Shown here in pieces: positions 39,279 to 49,271 of a DNA stretch of 64,000 nucleotides (position 1 is its first letter; each line of letters begins with the position of its first letter). The stretch is from IMG/VR virus record IMGVR_UViG_3300042867_000160. One strand, given 5' to 3'. Origin of the DNA: an uncultured virus (IMG/VR IMGVR_UViG_3300042867_000160) (Duplodnaviria > Heunggongvirae > Uroviricota > Caudoviricetes). Below the pieces are notes generated by a model that was given only the letters and a program-made list of their open reading frames with translations, was not told where the DNA came from and searched no databases. The translations under genes and the position numbers were made by a program.

Positions 39279-39758
39279 TTACTTTTTCCACTCGTTATAA
39301 ATGTGTTGATACTTATCGTCAGTCTTTATGTAATGAGATAATAATCTTGATGTGTTTCTGCTAGGTTTAAAATACCAAAGATCTACATTTCTAAACTTTG
39401 TACTTTCTTTAAACCACATCCAACCAAAAAAATATCCTTCTGTATGATAGTTAAAATTATAGATTCTCTTTCCTTTCTCTTTACTCTTTTGCCAATCAAT
39501 TGGTAAGTTTATAATTTCTTCTCCATTGACTATTTTATATCTCTTACGCTTCTTCTTGTTAATAGAGAATTCACCAAAGCCATAAGGTAGCCTTGCTTTG
39601 TCTCCACTTTCCAAGATGTAGTTTTTAAATGCATCACTGAAGGAGTAGATAATGTTTCTCCATTCATCAAATGTGATTTGAATTAATGAGTTCTTTTTAC
39701 AGAAGTTTTTGTAGTTATCTTTACTGGAGCTTCTCCAGTCAACCTTCACTCTAGCCAT
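39279..39758 (-). CDS. IHF/HU-like DNA-binding protein (crAss tail-region IHF homologue)
   Basis: Start re-called at MARVKVDW (ATG 39758), 159 aa. ILESGDKARLPYGFGEFSINKKK matches the HU/IHF arm. IDWQKSKE motif. Confidence 0.75.
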   Translation of the reverse strand: MARVKVDWRSSSKDNYKNFCKKNSLIQITFDEWRNIIYSFSDAFKNYILESGDKARLPYGFGEFSINKKKRKRYKIVNGEEIINLPIDWQKSKEKGKRIYNFNYHTEGYFFGWMWFKESTKFRNVDLWYFKPSRNTSRLLSHYIKTDDKYQHIYNEWKK

Positions 39759-40497
39759 TATTATAATTACTTTGATTGGTTCTGTATTGAGGTGCAGCAA
39801 CTTGCTCATCATTATTATTCTGAGTCTTATCATCAGTGATTCTGAAATAAGTGGATAATAATTTCTGAGATGCTAATTCAAGCACTTGCTTCTCAAGATA
39901 ACCAGGACAAGCGTATTCCCTATCTAAAGGATTCATACACCATTGCTCATCAGTTATATCTTCTTCACACTTGCCAGAGTATCTAACCTCAGGAGGAAGT
40001 TCATCTTCAAATAATGCTGCAATCCTAACCTTTAATAAAAATGGATTACTGATATATAAATATCCATCTACTATCCAGAAGTAATTTTCGTTCTTAATGT
40101 ATGGAAGCTTTAATAAGTTTAAGTATCTATTGATTGTAATATCTTTAAACCTCTTACCTGTTCCACCCATAGCATTGATTGACCAAACTCCTTGAATGAG
40201 ATATTGATAATTTCCTTCTGCAATACGAGGAAGTCTTTCTACACTTCTAGCAACAGTACAAGGATCAGTGTAATCACAACAATCAGAAATAGGAACCTCT
40301 GTCATCTCTAGACATGGTATTGTAGTGAACAAAGTATCTGTAGCCCAAAGCTTACGAAGATTTGTTTCACGCTTAACTAATAAAAGAGTGCAGTTCCTAA
40401 CCTCAGATGCAATAGCTCTATCTGTTATCAAATTATCAGTTGATATTAGTTTGTGCATTGAACGCACATCCGAGACTAGTTTTCTTAATGTTGCCAT
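39751..40497 (-). CDS. Tail ring/tubular protein (R2-like)
   Basis: 248 aa. CLEMTEVP..CC...RSVERLP, YFWIVDGYLYI, LFED, YACPGYLEKQVLEL. Gene order matches the crAss tail module. Confidence 0.7.
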   Translation of the reverse strand: MATLRKLVSDVRSMHKLISTDNLITDRAIASEVRNCTLLLVKRETNLRKLWATDTLFTTIPCLEMTEVPISDCCDYTDPCTVARSVERLPRIAEGNYQYLIQGVWSINAMGGTGKRFKDITINRYLNLLKLPYIKNENYFWIVDGYLYISNPFLLKVRIAALFEDELPPEVRYSGKCEEDITDEQWCMNPLDREYACPGYLEKQVLELASQKLLSTYFRITDDKTQNNNDEQVAAPQYRTNQSNYNNG

Positions 40498-40500
40498 TGT

Positions 40501-41730
40501 TTATAATCTAAATTCAAATTCAGAAATCTTACCTAACTCTTTATCATATACTAAAGCAAGTGCTGCTCTAACGCTATGAACAAAGTTGTTATCTTGATGC
40601 CATCTATCAGTTCCTGACAAGCTAGGCATTTGTTGTATTCTTACTCCCTTCACTTCCTTAGCCATGTAATGATGCTTATCTCCTGTGTGCACCTCTCTAT
40701 ACTTAGCACATCCAAACATTACACTGTAATCAGGATGGGTTGCAAACAATAAAGGAAGATCCTCAATCTTGCAGTTACCATGATGATAACCAATAAACGT
40801 ATCTCCTAACATAGTTGCCTTTAGTACACTATGTTCTCTATCAAAATATATGTTAGGATCTGCATTAAAGTAAACATCAAGAGCATGAGCTAAATAATAA
40901 GACTTAGTTCTATCATGATTACCTTGTACTAATATAATATGTACTTCTTTACAAGCAGTCTTTAATGCTTTGATTGTGTCTACAAGTAAAGCAAATCCTA
41001 GTTCGTATTCATGAGCATAATCAACAATAGTATCTTGTGGAGTACCGTTAGTTGTTTGATCATGATAGTTATCTGTATGAAAGAAATCATTTGATATTGG
41101 AAATACAATTCTATCAATATCATATAATGCTTTTACATCATATGTAAGACTTACAGCTGCGTTGAAATATCTTTTACATCTAACTGATGGTGAATTATCT
41201 CCATCAATATGCCTCTTAGCTAAATGAAAATCAGATAGAGATATCTCAACATCTATTAGCTTAGCACGTTGTATTTCTGGTTGTGGCTGGGGTATGTAGT
41301 TGGATTTATAATCTACTAAGAACTTAGCAAAGTCCTCAGCTGTATAATCTTTAGCCTCTTTCTTTTTAGAGAAAACTGATGATGTAAACTTACCATTAGG
41401 TAATACTTTAGACCAGTAGTTAGTGATTACATATTTATCTAGATTAATCTTATGTAGCTTAGCTAGCTCTAGATCATTCTTTGGCTCAAAGTCAAGTATT
41501 AATACACTCTCTATTGTTCCTTTTTCATTATTAACTTTTCTTACTGCTTCATAATTAGAGGCAGTTGTTTTCAATGTATCGTTGGGTTCTTGATCTCTTT
41601 CTCTTATCTCTTTTAACAATTCATCTACTTCTTTTTCAGTAATTCCAAGCCTTTCAGCATAGAATGTTTTGCTTTTCTTCATTCTCAAAAGTGCTTCGAG
41701 ATGAGAAAGCATGTCCTGATTTTCAGTCAT
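40501..41730 (-). CDS. Calcineurin-like metallophosphoesterase with N-terminal HTH-like segment
   Basis: 409 aa. Motifs SDFH, NDFFHTD, QGNHD, YHHGN, HTGDKHH, plus YAERLGITEKEV (HTH-like). Confidence 0.88.
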   Translation of the reverse strand: MTENQDMLSHLEALLRMKKSKTFYAERLGITEKEVDELLKEIRERDQEPNDTLKTTASNYEAVRKVNNEKGTIESVLILDFEPKNDLELAKLHKINLDKYVITNYWSKVLPNGKFTSSVFSKKKEAKDYTAEDFAKFLVDYKSNYIPQPQPEIQRAKLIDVEISLSDFHLAKRHIDGDNSPSVRCKRYFNAAVSLTYDVKALYDIDRIVFPISNDFFHTDNYHDQTTNGTPQDTIVDYAHEYELGFALLVDTIKALKTACKEVHIILVQGNHDRTKSYYLAHALDVYFNADPNIYFDREHSVLKATMLGDTFIGYHHGNCKIEDLPLLFATHPDYSVMFGCAKYREVHTGDKHHYMAKEVKGVRIQQMPSLSGTDRWHQDNNFVHSVRAALALVYDKELGKISEFEFRL

Positions 41731-41757
41731 CCTACTTGTAGTTTAGTTAAATTATCC

Positions 41758-41790
41758 TAAATATATAAATTAAATTTTGTATTTACCAAA
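41758..41790 (-). promoter_or_regulatory. Bacteroidota-type promoter (TTTG-N21-TATATTTA)
   Basis: TTTG at 41790-41787 and TATATTTA at 41765-41758, upstream of the phosphoesterase and downstream of a terminator. Confidence 0.6.
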
Positions 41791-41840
41791 TAATTGTAAT
41801 TGAATTAGTTATATAGTTTAACTAAGTTGGTTATAATAAT

Positions 41841-41871
41841 AAAAACTCCCAGAGATTTTACACTCTGGGAG
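41841..41871 (-). terminator. Intrinsic terminator after the Thr-rich gene
   Basis: 9-bp stem CTCCCAGAG/CTCTGGGAG with an 8-nt loop, followed on the minus strand by TTTTTATT. Confidence 0.85.
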
Positions 41872-41914
41872 AAAACCTGTAAACCAACAAACAGGATTTT
41901 TTATGTCTTAAAAA

Positions 41915-42814
41915 TTAGCAACTACCACCTGCAGTCTGACTTCCAATGCTACTAATCTGTACATACTCATTGTTAGCTACATTTTTGTAATACAAATCAC
42001 TTCCATCATATGGACTAAGTAACGTGTAGTCATTATAGAAAGTAGCATTACTTAAGAATGAAATGTTAGATCCGTATAATGTTATGGCAGCAGAAGAGTC
42101 AGCACAAGCTGTAGCAGAATCAATTCCGCCAGAAGTTAATGAGAATGCATAATATACTAAAGCTGTAGTTGTAGTAGTTGTAGTTACAGGGATAGCTGTA
42201 GTAGTGGTAGTAGTTGTAGTTGTAGGTTCTGGTGCAGAACAAGATCCAACCAATGTTAATGGACCACCTACTGTAACAGTTATAGAACCGTAAACAGCAC
42301 ATACACTGGATGTGGTAGCTAAAGCATAACCACTTACAGGAGTACCACTTCCACAAGGAGTGTAAGTTATAGTAGCTTCTTCAAGTGTATCATTTCTCCA
42401 TTCTTCACAAGAAACCAAAATATTTGTAGTAGTGGTTGTTGTTGTAGGACTACCACCTCCTGTTGTTGTTGTTGTTGTAGTTGGACTACCACCAGAGGTT
42501 GTTGTTGTAGTAGTAGTTGGACTACCGCCTGCTGTCGTAGTAGTTGTAGTTGTTGGACCTACAGGTGCTGTGGTAGTAGTAGTTGTAGTACTAGGACCTG
42601 TAATGAATAAGTCTACATAAGTAGTACATAATCCTGTAGATTTTACACGTACAGTTGTTGTACCAGCTGGTACCACTGTACTTGTATATCCAGCAACCAA
42701 TAGAGACTTTGCTATGTTTGTTTGAAATGCTGTGACATAGCTGTCCGTATTTGAATACAGATTAAAAGGTCCTGTATCTGCACCTGCTGTTGTTAACGTT
42801 ATTAAGACATTCAT
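41915..42814 (-). CDS. Thr-rich modular virion surface/adhesin-like protein
   Basis: 299 aa. N-terminal beta module, six poly-Thr runs (P-T7-9), a Cys module and a C-terminal module. Confidence 0.75.
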   Translation of the reverse strand: MNVLITLTTAGADTGPFNLYSNTDSYVTAFQTNIAKSLLVAGYTSTVVPAGTTTVRVKSTGLCTTYVDLFITGPSTTTTTTTAPVGPTTTTTTTAGGSPTTTTTTTSGGSPTTTTTTTGGGSPTTTTTTTNILVSCEEWRNDTLEEATITYTPCGSGTPVSGYALATTSSVCAVYGSITVTVGGPLTLVGSCSAPEPTTTTTTTTTAIPVTTTTTTTALVYYAFSLTSGGIDSATACADSSAAITLYGSNISFLSNATFYNDYTLLSPYDGSDLYYKNVANNEYVQISSIGSQTAGGSC

Positions 42815-42840
42815 ATTTTTGTTTTTTATTAATTATTAGT

Positions 42841-44856
42841 TTAACATCCTCCTACATCGTTTGCAGCTCCATTACCACTTGTAATATACACACTTGATAT
42901 TTGAGCACATATATATCCCACTGTACCTGGACCTCCGTAGAATGAGAAGCTATCGCTACCTCCTCCACAGTTAGTGTAAACACCATCTACATATTCATCT
43001 GAGTTATATCCTATTATTTGATAAGTTCTACAAGTTGGAGGTGGTACATATCCACAATAAGGACTATTAACTTCTACTAAATACTGATTCTGTATATTAC
43101 CTGTACAAGAGTTGGTTTCTTTAGACCACTTGTCATATCCTACACAATAGAAGGATTGAACCCAAACTCCACAACTAGTATTAACTCCTAAGTCTACATC
43201 TCTTGTTTGTCCATAAGTGGAAGAACAAGGATTGTCATCTATCTGTGGTTGTTGCAAATAACATCCACTACAAAATGTAGATCCATTATTTACCCAGTTA
43301 GCTGAGGGAGATGCTCCACAACATCCACCACAAAATGCAGAATTAAATTCTACAGCAGAGCCCTGTCTAGTTTGATTATATGTTGGTGAACAACCATTGT
43401 TATCTACTTCAACATTATATTTAGTACATGATCCATAGCAATTGTATGAACCTGAGTTAACCCAGTTAGCAGCAGTGGACTGTCCACAGCATCCTCCACA
43501 GAATGTAGAATTATATTCTACAACAGATCCTTGTCTTGTTGTATTATAACCTGATGCACATGGGTTATTTTGTATTTCAACATTGTATTTATTACATGTT
43601 CCATAACAATTATAATTTCCAGTATTAACCCAATTCTGTGTTGTATTACATGCGCTCCCACCATTTATAACTCGTGTTTGGTTATAACTTGAAGAACATG
43701 GATTATTATCTATTTGTGGTTGTTTAGATACGCAGTTATCACAATATGCTGCACCATTATCTACCCAATTAGGTGTTGTACTACAACATGCTACAGTTTG
43801 ATAATTCTGAGCAGTACCCACTGTACTTGCTGTACAACTATTATCTGAAGTACTTCTTACCTCTGCATAGTATGTTCCATCAAATACTCCTGTAAAAGTG
43901 TTTCCTGCAAGCCATCCTGTAGTTACACCAGCTCCTGTAGAGACAAGTCTAGCTTCATATGAACCATTAGCAACACTTACATTTATTGTAACTACTCCAC
44001 TCCCATTAGTTGTATTGTTACAATAGTATCCATTAAATGTAACACTCAATCCCCAATATCCACAACCATACCCACACGTAGGACTTAGGTTTGCAACAAA
44101 AGAATCATTACGAGTTTGCCCACATGTATTTGTTTCACGAGTTCTAAGTTGAAAAGGATACACTCCATAGTTTGCACAGTATTGAGTTTGTGGTCCCCAT
44201 GTCCCACAACTAGCATCACTTGCAGAAATTGTTATAATTCGTGTGGTATTATATGTACTAGAACAAAAGTTTGTATCTGTTTGTAATTGTTTTATTGCAC
44301 AACCATCACAATACTGTGAACCAGTGTTCACCCATGTAGGACTTGTATTACAACAAACATTAAAGTTACCACTAAACTGAGATGGACATGTAGTAGTAGT
44401 TGATTTAGGTCTCACCTCAACTCTATATGTACCGATAGGAACACTTGTAAAACTATAAATAGCACTTCCTAAAATAACGTTTAACCACCCTGTAGTTACT
44501 GCACCATTTCCCACTGCAGATAACCTTGCTTCAGAATTACCACACGATGAATTTATTGTAACGTTCTGTGTTGCTGTTCCAGCACTACAACTTGTAGTTG
44601 TTCCTATAGATATAGCATAAGTACAAGTAGGACATGCTGCAATAAGATCTTGATATCTAGGATATCTATTATTTGCATATGTAGAAAGTGGGATAGCTGC
44701 TGTATCTACATAAAAATTATTTATAGCTCCTGGACCAGCATATCCGCCAGTAGTATCTTTTATCAAACAAAGATTACTATTTGCAATAGATCCTACTTGA
44801 CTAAGATATGTTTTAGCTTCTGTAACTGTAAGAAGATAATTTGTTAGCTTAGTCAT
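42841..44856 (-). CDS. Cys-rich repeat protein (fibre/adhesin-like)
   Basis: 671 aa. Five WV[ND]xG..C..C......D.N.CS..Y..TR repeats, two SprB/Ig-like units and a C-terminal Cys module. Confidence 0.75.
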   Translation of the reverse strand: MTKLTNYLLTVTEAKTYLSQVGSIANSNLCLIKDTTGGYAGPGAINNFYVDTAAIPLSTYANNRYPRYQDLIAACPTCTYAISIGTTTSCSAGTATQNVTINSSCGNSEARLSAVGNGAVTTGWLNVILGSAIYSFTSVPIGTYRVEVRPKSTTTTCPSQFSGNFNVCCNTSPTWVNTGSQYCDGCAIKQLQTDTNFCSSTYNTTRIITISASDASCGTWGPQTQYCANYGVYPFQLRTRETNTCGQTRNDSFVANLSPTCGYGCGYWGLSVTFNGYYCNNTTNGSGVVTINVSVANGSYEARLVSTGAGVTTGWLAGNTFTGVFDGTYYAEVRSTSDNSCTASTVGTAQNYQTVACCSTTPNWVDNGAAYCDNCVSKQPQIDNNPCSSSYNQTRVINGGSACNTTQNWVNTGNYNCYGTCNKYNVEIQNNPCASGYNTTRQGSVVEYNSTFCGGCCGQSTAANWVNSGSYNCYGSCTKYNVEVDNNGCSPTYNQTRQGSAVEFNSAFCGGCCGASPSANWVNNGSTFCSGCYLQQPQIDDNPCSSTYGQTRDVDLGVNTSCGVWVQSFYCVGYDKWSKETNSCTGNIQNQYLVEVNSPYCGYVPPPTCRTYQIIGYNSDEYVDGVYTNCGGGSDSFSFYGGPGTVGYICAQISSVYITSGNGAANDVGGC

Positions 44857-47800
44857 TACTCTCTAACTTTTTAAGTCTAGCTTCTAATTCTTGAACTGCT
44901 TTAATTAATACACCAACTGTTGAATTGGTGTCCATTTTATTTTGTGCTGATGTAGAAAGTTCTACAGGAGTGTCTTCTGCAATAAATCCAATATGAGGAG
45001 TAGTTAAATCGTTTTTGTAATAAAATTCAACAACGTTTACATTACTTAATATAGATGTTGCCGTCTTCTTAAACTTACTAATATTTGTTTTAAATATACG
45101 ACTAGATGTCTGATAGAATGATCCTGCATTTAATTGATCTGTACTGGAAACATATACACCAGACAATGCACTTGCACTATTTCCTGTACCATTTCCTACT
45201 AATACAAATCCTGAATTAGCACTACTTGGTGTTATTGTTGTAAATCCAGAACCACTAGTTCCACTAGTTCCTGTTGTTCCTGAAGAGCCCGATGACCCAG
45301 ATGAACCTGAAGAACCTGATGTTCCATTAACTCCTGATGTTCCAGGTGTACCAGGTGTACCAGGTGTACCAGGAGCTCCATTAGCTCCAGAAGTTGCTGA
45401 TGTACCTGATGAACCCGAAGTTCCCGAAATACCAGAAGATCCAGTAAAGCCTGAGCTAGCAGATGATCCACTACTTCCACTAGATCCTGAAGTTGCACTT
45501 GTACCAGAAGAAGCACTTGTACCAGCAGTTCTCGTTAAACCAGAAGAGCCAGAAGATCCACTACTTCCAGAAGATCCAGAAGTTCCAGTAGTTCCGTTTG
45601 TACCAGATGTACCACTTGATGCTGATGATCCACTGCTTCCTGATGTACCATTAGCACCTGATGATCCAGAAGATCCACTAGATCCTGAAGTACCAGATGA
45701 ACCATTACCTCCAGCAGCACCTGCTAGGTTAACTGTCCAAGAGGAGAATGTACCTGCACCTACAGTTGTATTAACGTTAACTACTAATGCTCCTGTTCCA
45801 GAGTTATAACTTGTAACAGTACCAATCATATAGTTAGCACCATCATAAGCTAGAATAACACTTTGTAAAGATGTATATGCTAAGCCTGTACCAATAGTGA
45901 AACTCTTTGTACCTGTTCCAATAGCTACAGCAGTTATTGATGTAGAAGAATATCTATCTCCTGATAAACCAGAAGATGCTGATGATCCTGAAGAACCAGA
46001 AGTACCAGATGTTGCACTTGTACCACTAGACGCACTTGTACCAGAAGATCCTGAAGAACCGCTACTACCACTAGTGGCACTTGTTCCTGACGAAGCACTA
46101 GTTCCAGCAGTTCTTGTTAAACCTGAACTACCACTTGACCCAGAACTACCAGACGAACCACTAGTTGCACTAGTCCCTGAAGTTCCACTTGAACCGTTTG
46201 TACCATTAGTTCCACTACTACCACTTGTACCACTACTTCCCGAAGTAGCAGATGTACCAGAAGAACCAGATGTTCCTGTTAAACCAGATGACCCAGATGT
46301 ACCAGATGATCCGTTTGCTCCTGATGTACCACTAGATCCGTTAGTACCAGTTGTTCCTGAGGATCCAGATGAAGCAGATGTTCCGCTAGAGCCACTGCTT
46401 CCTGATGTAGCAGAACTTCCTGAAGAACCACTAGTTGCTGAGGTTCCACTAGTACCAGCAGTACGTGTTAAACCACTTGATCCAGAGCTTCCACTTGTAC
46501 CACTTATACCTGAAGTTCCATTAACTCCAGATGTACCATTTATACCAGAAGATCCTGAAGTTCCTGATGAACCAGAACTAGCTGATGTACCACTAGATCC
46601 ACTAGTAGCGCTTGTTCCTGAACTACCACTACTTCCTGAAGAAGCACTTGTACCTGAAGAGGCTGATGTACCTGCAGTTCTTGTTAGACCACTGGATCCT
46701 GAAGAACCTGCTGTACCACTACTACCAGAACTTGCTGATGTACCTGTAGAACCAGAAGTTCCACTAGATCCTGCTCCACCTGCAGCACCTGCTAAATTGA
46801 CAGTCCATGCTGCATATGTACCAGACCCAGTAGTAGACGTAATATTGGCTACCATTGCACCTGTTACTGAATTGTAAGAAGTAACGGTACCAGTCATTGT
46901 ATTACTAGCATCAAATGATACCAATACACTTTGTCCTGGAGTATATGCTAATCCTATACCAGTTGTAAAACTTTTAGATCCAGTTCCAATAAGTAAAGAT
47001 GTAGCTGAGGCAGATAAGTATTTATCTCCAGATTGTCCAGAAGATCCACTAGATCCTGAGGTTCCTGAAGATCCAGAAGTAGCAGAACTACCAGAACTAC
47101 CAGATGTACCAGAAGTACCTGACGTACTTGTATTACCACTTGATCCTGAAGATCCCGAACTTCCTGATGAACCAGATGTGCCTGCTGTTCCAGAAGAACC
47201 AGATGTGCCTGTTGTACCACTTGATGCACTAGTTCCAGAAGAGCCAGAAGATCCAGCTGTTCCACTAGATCCACTACTACCACTACTTGCGCTTGTTCCA
47301 CTACTTGCACTTGTTCCTGAAGAACCTGATGTTCCACTAGTTGCAGATGATCCACTTGAGCCAGATGTAGCTGAACTACCACTGCTACCAGAAGTTCCGC
47401 TTGTTGCAGAAGTACCATTAATACCTGAGGTACCTGTTGTACCAGAAGATCCACTAGTTCCACTTGATCCGTTTGTACCTGATGATCCTGAGGTGGCAGA
47501 CGTACCAGATGAACCATTTGTTCCAGAGGAACCATTAGTACCAGATGATCCACTTGTTGCACTTGTGCCCGATGATCCTGATGTTCCAGCAGAAGCTGAA
47601 GATCCTGATGTTCCTGCTGTAGCAGATGTACCACCTGTTCCACTAGATCCAGAAGATGCGGCTGTACCACTACTTCCTGATGTTGCACTTGTTCCTGATG
47701 ATCCACTAGTTCCAGATGAACCGTCTGTTCCTGAAGAGCCTGATGTACCTGCTGTAGCACTTGTTCCTGAGCTTGCAGATGTACCTGAACTTCCTGAACT

Positions 47801-48877
47801 TCCTGAAGTAGCTGATGTACCATTTGTACCAGATGTACCAGATGAACCGTTATTTCCAGCATTACCAGATGTTCCTGCAGATGCAGAAGTACCAGCAGAT
47901 CCTGAAGTTCCAGAAGATCCATCTCCTCCAGCTGCTCCTAATAAATTAATATTCCAAGCACTATATGTTCCTGATCCTGTAGATGCTGTTACATTAACAC
48001 TTGTTGCACCAGTATTATTATTATATGATATTACAGTACCATCCATGTAATTGGAAGTATCGTAAGAAATCAAAATAGATTGTGCAGGAGTGTACGCAAG
48101 ATTTGTACCAGTTACAAAGTTTTTTGTACCTGTGCCTATAGATAATGTTGATACAGATGCAGATTGATATCTATCTCCAGATTGTCCTGAAGAACCAGCT
48201 GTTCCACTGCTTCCTGTAAATCCACTTGTTCCACTAGAACCTGATGTTCCCGTTCCACTACTTCCTGATGAACCAGATGTACCTGAGGTACCATTAGTTC
48301 CATTAATTCCAGAAGTACCATCAATACCTGAAGTGCCTGATGTTCCAGATGAAGCCGAAGTTCCAGATGTACCATTTGTTCCAGAAGAACCAGACGTAGC
48401 AGAAGTGCCTGATGTTCCTGTTGTACCACTAGATCCATTGGATCCAGATGTTCCATTAGAACCATTTTGTCCTGATGACCCACTAGTTCCAGATGAACCT
48501 GAAGTACCTTCAGATCCACTTGCGCCTGAAGAACCCGACGTTCCTGATGAACCTGCTGTACCATTAAGACCATTTACCCCAGAAGAACCATTGGTTCCAC
48601 TTGATCCATTGGTTCCTGAAGTACCATTGACACCAGAGGATCCTGAACTACCAGAAGAACCTGCAGTTCCAGAAGATCCTGGAGTTAATGCTTCATCTAA
48701 TTTTTCAATAGCTAATGTTAAACAGTCCCCTGTATTTACTCCCGATTGAGGTAAATTAGGACCTTCGTATATTACACGATTTGATTCAACTGGACAACAG
48801 CTATTACAATCAGAACTAGAGTTCTGTAAAGGAAAAGCACTCTGATCGTAACAAGGCATTCCTGGTACACAAGCCAT
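44849..48877 (-). CDS. Ser/Thr Gly-X-Y (collagen-like) fibre with C-terminal peptidase S74 intramolecular chaperone
   Basis: 1342 aa. (GTS/GSS/ATS)n tracts interrupted by three ~80-aa GD[RK]Y...GLAYT...W.VNL.GAAGG beads. C-terminus TSSRIFKTNI...HIGFIAED...GVLIKAVQELEARL is the S74 signature. Confidence 0.9.
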   Translation of the reverse strand: MACVPGMPCYDQSAFPLQNSSSDCNSCCPVESNRVIYEGPNLPQSGVNTGDCLTLAIEKLDEALTPGSSGTAGSSGSSGSSGVNGTSGTNGSSGTNGSSGVNGLNGTAGSSGTSGSSGASGSEGTSGSSGTSGSSGQNGSNGTSGSNGSSGTTGTSGTSATSGSSGTNGTSGTSASSGTSGTSGIDGTSGINGTNGTSGTSGSSGSSGTGTSGSSGTSGFTGSSGTAGSSGQSGDRYQSASVSTLSIGTGTKNFVTGTNLAYTPAQSILISYDTSNYMDGTVISYNNNTGATSVNVTASTGSGTYSAWNINLLGAAGGDGSSGTSGSAGTSASAGTSGNAGNNGSSGTSGTNGTSATSGSSGSSGTSASSGTSATAGTSGSSGTDGSSGTSGSSGTSATSGSSGTAASSGSSGTGGTSATAGTSGSSASAGTSGSSGTSATSGSSGTNGSSGTNGSSGTSATSGSSGTNGSSGTSGSSGTTGTSGINGTSATSGTSGSSGSSATSGSSGSSATSGTSGSSGTSASSGTSASSGSSGSSGTAGSSGSSGTSASSGTTGTSGSSGTAGTSGSSGSSGSSGSSGNTSTSGTSGTSGSSGSSATSGSSGTSGSSGSSGQSGDKYLSASATSLLIGTGSKSFTTGIGLAYTPGQSVLVSFDASNTMTGTVTSYNSVTGAMVANITSTTGSGTYAAWTVNLAGAAGGAGSSGTSGSTGTSASSGSSGTAGSSGSSGLTRTAGTSASSGTSASSGSSGSSGTSATSGSSGTSASSGSSGTSGSSGINGTSGVNGTSGISGTSGSSGSSGLTRTAGTSGTSATSGSSGSSATSGSSGSSGTSASSGSSGTTGTNGSSGTSGANGSSGTSGSSGLTGTSGSSGTSATSGSSGTSGSSGTNGTNGSSGTSGTSATSGSSGSSGSSGSSGLTRTAGTSASSGTSATSGSSGSSGSSGTSASSGTSATSGTSGSSGSSASSGLSGDRYSSTSITAVAIGTGTKSFTIGTGLAYTSLQSVILAYDGANYMIGTVTSYNSGTGALVVNVNTTVGAGTFSSWTVNLAGAAGGNGSSGTSGSSGSSGSSGANGTSGSSGSSASSGTSGTNGTTGTSGSSGSSGSSGSSGLTRTAGTSASSGTSATSGSSGSSGSSASSGFTGSSGISGTSGSSGTSATSGANGAPGTPGTPGTPGTSGVNGTSGSSGSSGSSGSSGTTGTSGTSGSGFTTITPSSANSGFVLVGNGTGNSASALSGVYVSSTDQLNAGSFYQTSSRIFKTNISKFKKTATSILSNVNVVEFYYKNDLTTPHIGFIAEDTPVELSTSAQNKMDTNSTVGVLIKAVQELEARLKKLESND

Positions 48878-48891
48878 CTATTAATAATTTA

Positions 48892-49158
48892 TTATCTATG
48901 GATCAATATCTTAACTCTACTTGCAATCATCTCCACTGTAAAGCATTGACAGTAATCAGGATTACAATTTTTAAATAACAAGATTCGTTTGTAGTTTAAC
49001 ATATCTTGTAGTGCTATTGTATTGATATAATTGTTTACAGCATATACAATGTTGTTGTATTCTAAATCAGCCAGCTCTGCTATTCGCTCATCTATATCAG
49101 CTAGCAGTACAGGTATTGTAGAATTGGCAATATAATTAGTTAGCCTTGGCGTTAGCAT
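48892..49158 (-). CDS. Small tail hub-like protein
   Basis: 88-aa helical ORF between the hub-like gene and the fibre gene, with CNPDYCQC. Assignment is by position only. Confidence 0.55.
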   Translation of the reverse strand: MLTPRLTNYIANSTIPVLLADIDERIAELADLEYNNIVYAVNNYINTIALQDMLNYKRILLFKNCNPDYCQCFTVEMIASRVKILIHR

Positions 49159-49270
49159 CTTCTTGTTCTTTTATTTCTTGTTGAACAGCATAATTGCATG
49201 CTGAGCAATACCCATTAACTAGTTGACATCCACAGCCAACTTTTGTTTGACATCTTTTACAATTAGCCAT
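49136..49270 (-). CDS. Unannotated 44-aa Cys-rich microprotein
   Basis: MANCKRCQTKVGCGCQLVNGYCSACNYAVQQEIKEQEDANAKAN*. The ATG is 1 nt after the upstream TAA, and the ORF fills the gap and overlaps the next gene. Confidence 0.75.
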   Translation of the reverse strand: MANCKRCQTKVGCGCQLVNGYCSACNYAVQQEIKEQEDANAKAN

Positions 49271-49271
49271 A

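Noticed and set aside
45232..48749. Similar PEVP-type and LVHQ-type ORFs
   Set aside because: Shadow frames of the 1342-aa fibre gene.
41915..48877. Diversity-generating retroelement or invertible receptor cassette
   Set aside because: No reverse transcriptase, recombinase, adenine-variant repeat pair or flanking inverted repeats seen in this window.
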